From NCBI RefSeq assembly GCF_009914755.1, contig NC_060934.1: a stretch of DNA of 64,000 nucleotides; one strand, 5' to 3'. Source of the stretch: the human T2T-CHM13v2.0 reference genome, Homo sapiens. The notes under the pieces were generated by a model. That model made no database searches, had not been told where the DNA came from, and saw nothing but the letters and a program-made list of their open reading frames with translations. Within the stretch, counting starts at the first letter, position 1. Every line of letters starts with the position of its first letter. The translations under genes were made by a program, and so were the position numbers. Positions 55,291 through 64,000 of the stretch are shown here, in pieces.

Positions 55291-55941
55291 TGTTGGGGTT
55301 CGGAAAATGACACCCCAAAATGAAGGTCTCAGAAGCAGCCTCAGACGCAAAACGCTTTCTCTTTTTACCTTCTCTTGACCTCCTGTCTCTCAGACCCATT
55401 CTCCCCAAAAGCTAGGCATAGAAACTGGAACCTCTCTTCCACAAAGCGGGTCATATAATCCAGAACCCCTTCTCCCCAAAGCCAGTCATAAATCCTGACA
55501 ATCTACTCTAACTCTCCCTCTGCCTTTCTCTGTAAAAGCAGGCCATAAAGAAATTCTCTGAGCTACTGTGTTTGACTGTAAGTCATAAGACCCCCATTCA
55601 AGAGAGGGTCCTGCCCACACCCGGAAGGAAGGAACGCCACTCAGAGAGGCCAAGAAGAATCTAGAGAGACAGGCTTTGCTGGATGTCCTCACTCCGTCTA
55701 TTAGCATTAGATCAGACCCTTTGCATCCAATCATACTTTTACGTGGCTGTCCATATTTTGTTGAACATAAGCATAAAAACAGACACTTCCCCCTGTATCT
55801 TGGGCTCTTCGTTCTGAAGACTCCCATGTGAACACACTGATCATACATTTGTATGTCTTTTCTCCTATTAATCTACCTCTTGCTAGTAATTTTCAATGAA
55901 CCTCCAGAGGGTGAAGGGGAAGTTATTCCTTGGTCCCTACA
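55291..55941 (+). mobile_element. MER39-type ERV1 solo LTR
   Basis: tgttggggttcggaaaatgacaccccaaaatgaagg...ccctaca. Confidence 0.85.
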
Positions 55942-56237
55942 TCTCCCTCACGGGAACTCAATAGTTGGGCTCCAATTCTGTGGTCAATGCAGCCTGCACA
56001 AAGTGGGCGGTCTTCCGGCTCCAAGGATCTTCCTGGATGTTTCCAATGCTGCCCACTGGTTTCCTCAGTCAGTCACACATATGTGGTGCCTGGAAGATTC
56101 CAGACAGCAGGAATGTGTGAGGCACTGAGATACACCCATCAGCACTAGCACCAGTGTCTACTTTCATAGAACCTCAAAGACTTGCAAGGAACCCAGCCAC
56201 TGAAGAAGTGATTCCACACATACAAAGTGTTGCAGTG

Positions 56238-56930
<693 letters not shown>

Positions 56931-57002
56931 AGAGCTACAAAAGGGAAGTCAAGGGTATGGAGAAAAAGAAGGCCTCCTGGACTAGGTGAAATGTAAAAAG
57001 CC

Positions 57003-57385
57003 TACATCTTAGTTTGCTTGGGCTGCAGTAACAAAATACCACAGATGGGCAGCTTCAGCAACACAAATGCATTTTCTTGCAATGATCTTGGAGGCTGCAA
57101 GTCCAAGGTCAAGGTGTCGGCAGGGCTGGTTCTTCTGAGGCCTCTCTCCTTGGCTTGGAGATGCCGTCCCGTCTCTGTGTCCTCACATGGTTTCTCTCTG
57201 TGTATGTCTGTGTCCTCATCTCCTCTTGTTAGAAGGACACCAGTCCTACTAGATTCGCTTAATGACCTCATTTTAACTTCATTATCTCTTTAAAGACCCT
57301 CTCTCCAAATAGAGTCCCATTCTGAGATGCTGTGGGTTAGGACTTCACCCTATAAATTTTGGGAGGGACACAAATAGCCTATAAG
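57003..57385 (-). mobile_element. MLT1 (B/C-like) MaLR LTR
   Basis: ggctgcagtaacaaaataccacag...gtccaaggtcaaggtgtcggcagggctggtt. Confidence 0.8.
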
Positions 57386-57427
57386 GCTATTAGTTGTTGA
57401 TCAGGTGACCGATCCTGAAAAGAATGT

Positions 57428-58124
<697 letters not shown>

Positions 58125-58139
58125 AATGTTCTAGAAAGA

Positions 58140-59100
58140 AAAAAATAGCTGGAGAAGAGCAGACTGTGGTCGTGAAGGGTCTGGTAAAGTCTGAAATATT
58201 TCACCTGTCTTAATGGTGACTCTAAAATCATTGAAGGGTTTCCAGCAGAAGAGTGACATGAGAAACTGCATTGTAGAAAGGCCCTTCTGTTTACATGGTG
58301 GGTAAAGAGCTGGAGGGGGCATGGCGGGTGCTGCGAGACCAAGTGCTGTGGGCAGTGCAGGTGGCCGGTGACGGTGACGGGGGCCGGAGAGAGCACTGCG
58401 CACTGTGTGGTGGGAGGACTGGATGCACAAGAGGGAATCTCGGGACTAGAATCTGTTGCTGTGAGTTACTGAGTGGATGGAAGGCATGGAGGCCAGAAAC
58501 AGAAAAGTTCAGGGGGGGATTTGGGAAGAAGATAGGAAACAACGATGGGGACGGAGATGCTGATTTTTGGAGATGGCAAGAGAAATGCAAAATTTGACAG
58601 ACCCAAATAGAGATACCAAAATAGAGCGCTGGGGAGGAGAGGGAGACCTGGGGAGATGCTGTTTTCGGGGTGATGTTGGGACACATATGGAAACTGGAGC
58701 CCTAGCGATGGGGAGAGGAAGAAACAAGACAGAGCCCCAGGGAGCACAGGACTGAAGGGCTGAGAAGAGGAGACGTCAGGGAGGAGCCATGAGAGAGGCA
58801 GAAACCCAGAGAGTGTGGTGTCTCCGGAGGCAGGGGACGGAGAATTCCCAGAGAAGAGTGGTCACCACAGAGGTGTGGCCACGCGAGGAAGGGTGGGGAG
58901 CGCCCAAGGCATGTGTCTATACAGGGGGCACTGGTGGCCTGGGTGAAAGTCATTTCAGGGCCATGTAGGATTGAAAGCCAAACTTTTGTGGGAAGAGAAG
59001 GTAGGGAACAACCCTGGCTGGGAATGGGAGGAGAGAGGAGACATAACTGGAGAAGTTAGGAATCCTGAAGGAACTTTTATGAGAGAAAAGACATGAACAT
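58140..59100 (-). mobile_element. L2 LINE fragments
   Basis: Degenerate purine-rich antisense L2-like sequence. Confidence 0.5.
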
Positions 59101-59117
59101 ACATGAAAGACACAGAA

Positions 59118-60171
<1,054 letters not shown>

Positions 60172-63100
60172 GGATGCAGGAGAAGAGCACCATGGTGACA
60201 GAGCCATGGATCCTGAGGAGGTGACAGGGAACACGGGCTTCAGGGATAAGAAGGGACAGTCCTTCCCCCAACAAGAGCAACCAGAGCTCATAATTGGAGC
60301 CATGGAACCCCCTTAGGGGGTGGGTAGGGGAAATGCTTAGAGGGATATTTTATGTAGATCCTGAGTCTAGGTTGAATGAATGAATTCATAAATGAACAAA
60401 TGAGTGAAAACCCAATATGTTTGGCAATAGACATCCAAATCCGGGCTGTTACTTTTTATGAGATTTGTCCTAAGACGGCCACCCATGCCCCGTGGCTACT
60501 TGGTATCTAGAATAGTAGACAGGAACCATCTATTACTTCATGGAAATAGGACATCGAGCTACCCACAGGCAAGCCAGAGTTTTCCTCCAGAACATTTTGA
60601 ATTAACTGTAAGAGCTGGAGGAGTGTCATTAAAGCCACTGAGCTGTTGTCTGGACCTGGGTAATTGGAAGGAGACTGTTATGAGCAAAAACAACAGGAAG
60701 CTGCCTTAGAGCAGAGTCTCTCCCTCACTGCCTCTGGCCCTCCTAGCACCGTGTCCCCATGCCCCCAGTACCACTCTGATGTCTGACTGCAACAAGACAC
60801 CCCCTCTGTGGGCACCAGGGTCCAGATTAAAGCCCATTAGAATAACTGGGCCATTGACTTTCCAATTACATCACCCCCACAGGTCCTTCTCTCTCCAGTT
60901 CCTGGACTCATTAGGGCTCAGATCATGGAACATCTCCTCCCGCTAATGGCCCATGAGAAAGTTTAGAAGGGAAAGTGACCCCTCTACTACTTCACTAAAC
61001 GGAAATGAGGAGGAAAAGGCCACCGACTAAAGCCACCAAGTTTTTAGTGTTTTGAGAGAACTTTCTCCTGACCATGGGATAGCTACAGCATGAAGCCTGG
61101 ACTCAGGGAGACGTGCCTATAAACAGAACAGACATTCATCCACGCATTCCAGAGACCGAAGCTCAGAGTTCCAGAATCTATCATTCCAGAAGATTCCATC
61201 ATTCATTCCACTTGTAGACAAGGGCGTGTGAGACCTCTGGAGCCAGAAGAGGCTTGTAGAAGCTAGGTGGGGGTCAGGGGGCTGCTGGCCAGGAAAAGTG
61301 AAGTCTGCCAGGAGTTGCCTGGTTTATGTAGACTCATACCACAGAACCACGGGTTCTGGATGAGGTTCCCCTCTCCAGGGCCGGTGAAGAATGTTGACGG
61401 TGACTGGACTACAGTAAAAATGCAAGTTTATCAAGATGCTCCCAGCACAACCCTGTGTGCAGGGCCTGGCCCCACATATCTGCAGCCACTGGCTGTCCTC
61501 AGGGGCAGGTGTCATCCCAGCTGCCTGCAGAGATCCAGGCACAGTCAGCTCAGGAGAACGGTGGCCGAGCAGATCCTCCATCTATTCACTGGGGTCCTGC
61601 ATAGAAATGCCATCTTTCTCTTGGTGAGTGTGGCGTCCCACTCTGAGGTCAGACGTGGGGACTAGCCTCTCCAGGCCTCAGAACCTCCGGCAGCTCCCTC
61701 CCCGACATGCCCACAATTCCACAGCCACGTGGTTAGCTCCACTTCACTCAACAAACCTGCACGGGCCCCTGAGGCAGCAGGCACTGAGGAAGCAGGTGAG
61801 AAATCTCCCAATCTACCCTTCCCAGAGCTCTCGGTCGGTCGCTGCATGCGACAGAGAACGGGCTGGCTGTGCCACGGGAGAAACTTCGACAGGTGGTAGG
61901 AGCCAGGTTCTGGTCCTGGTCTGCCCTCTGACAGGCTGTGGGACCTCCAGCCTCAATTTCCCACTTGCAGAATGAGGGAATTGGACTGAAGTCTCTGGAT
62001 TCAAGCTGTGCCTTGAGGACGCCCTCTCCCTCCCCCCAGGATTCGAAGACGGGCCTACGTGCCTGAGGGTGGCAGAGTGGACCTGGTTTCACGCATGCTC
62101 AGAGCCCAAACTGCCCCTGCAGGCAACAGCCAAGATCCATGAGTCAATGCCATGGCAGGCAGGGGATTGAGTCTACCAAGCAGCTGCACGTGTCTCTGTG
62201 TTACAGACAGAGTTTCAAGAAGGACCTGCAGCTCTGGAAGGCTTGCCAACTGTGATTGGACTGGATGCTCTCTGGTCCTGCTGGCTACGGGAGGCTGGAG
62301 GCCCCTGTCTGCTCATTGCACCCCGACTTGATGGCCACAGAGCCAGGGAGCCTCATGGGCCACCTCTGACCCGCTGGCCTGGAGGGAGCTTCCTGACTTC
62401 ACAGTATTGAGACAATTCCAAGATGCTGAAAGGCATCCTGTTAAAATTAGGAGAGACCTCAGGGATATCTAATTTGGACAGCACCCCCTGCCCAAAGTCA
62501 CACGGCCAGGCTGAGCAGGGCCAGTCCTGACCCCTGACGCCCAGCCGGGCCCACACCATGAGTGTGTGGCTCAGCCCTGCAGCCCCACTTGCTCTGACCC
62601 CTTCATGAGTCATTCTTCCCTGAGCTGGATAAGGACAAATGGGCAGGGAGGCCCGCAGCATCCCCTAGTCCTGCCCACCAGCAGCTGTCCCCCAGGGCTC
62701 CTGGTCCCCAGCAGTGGGGATATGGCCAGGAGCTCCCGAAACCTGTGTCAGCACGGCCTGGGGTTCTGTTCTGGGCCTCCACACTGAGACAGCTTTGGGT
62801 AGCGTGCTGTCTGCAGATGCCCCTCCGAAAACTGATCTGAAAAAGCAAATTCAATGAAAACAGTATCCAACGGAGGCTGTGGAGGGAGTTTAACAGGCGC
62901 AATGCAATCACGCAGGTTGGAATGAATCCAAGACTTCGATGCTCCCAGGGAGGCCGCTTGAGTTCAGCAGCAGTTGTATAAAATGACACCCGAGATGGCC
63001 CAGCTTCCCAAAATCAGAGCAGAAAGGGGATTCCGAAAGTGGCATGTGACCGCGTCCCTGGCTCCTGGGCCTTCTCACTTCATGCTCCCCACCTGAGCTC

Positions 63101-64000
63101 TCTCCATGGGCTGTACCTTCTCTGCAGGTTCCCAGGGCAAGATGTACGCAGTCATCTGTTTCACCACCCGAGCCTGGCCCCTGCCAGCAGCCAGCACAGA
63201 GGCACTCATCTTCTGAGACCCCAGAGTAGCATGTGAGGGACCCAGAAAATGCCCCGATGGGAAGGGCCTTTGGGATCATTTTGATCCAAGGTCCTCAATG
63301 CACTTGACTTTGAGAAAGGGAGTCAGAAGCCACAGCGCAGGGGACCATAGAAACAGCTAAGGGTCTCGATTCTGGCTGAGCCTCTCCCTGACCATGTGGG
63401 ATGGGGGCAAGCTTCAGACCTCATCGGGGCAGGCTTTCCACAGTGTCTATCCCTGGCTGTCCTCACCTGCCAGAGGAAAGAGGGTCGTAATCCACAGGCC
63501 TCCTGTGTGGAGGACTCTCGGCTCCTGCATGGACCCTGCCCTGGGAGCACACTCAGCACCGGGGACAAGGGACTAACCACAACCCACTGAAATGCAAGCC
63601 AGACTGCACAGAACAGGAGGCCTAAGCCAGGTGCCTGGGGAGCCCAGAGGAAGAAATGACTGCCTCTGCCTGGGAGGGATCTGGGAGGATTCACAGAGTG
63701 GATGACATTGGAGCTGGGAGTACTGAACAGATCATTAAGAGTTGGCAGGCAATCTTCCCAGCTGGGCTGAGAACATTTCTCAGCTCCCCAAAGGCAGAGG
63801 AGCTTGTCTGCAGTCAGGACCTAGCTCCGTGGGAACCTGAGCCATGCCAGGCCACACTCTTGGCAGAGCCCTGATGGGCGGATGTCGAGGGCTTGGACTC
63901 AACAGTGCCTCATCCTCGACTTCATGCCCTGGATCCAGCTCTGCTTCATTAATCTTTCCCTTCTAGAAATGCTTCCTCATGCACTACTTTTCCAACCTCA

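Overview
Primate (human-like) genomic DNA. It is repeat-rich and has no recognisable intact protein-coding gene; all family names below come from remembered consensus sequences, not from a search. The first ~2.6 kb looks like the U-rich end of a plus-strand 3' UTR with two AATAAA signals; the gene could not be identified. The proximal signal is caged in a near-perfect hairpin. An orphan CpG island at ~10.1-11.0 kb has divergent splice donors. It is followed by a decayed minus-strand ERV1 provirus with MER66-type LTRs (11.7-18.9 kb: LTRs, PBS, PPT, gag/pol/env remnants, nested Alus and THE1). The rest holds ~29 Alu/FLAM/FRAM copies, many solo LTRs, MIR/L1/L2 fossils, DNA-transposon MITEs (MER53, MER47A, MER63A, MER58A, MER85) and two minisatellites (25 x 36 bp; 18 x 37-38 bp grown from an LTR TATA region). 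The most unusual signals are the PAS-sequestering hairpin and several local templated-insertion or template-switch scars (19.4-19.8 kb, 22.4 kb, 39.9-40.1 kb, 50/51 kb). Also notable are the motif-multiplying VNTRs and a candidate TATA-driven first exon at 61.1-61.6 kb. I do not see convincing evidence of a wholly new protein-coding system.
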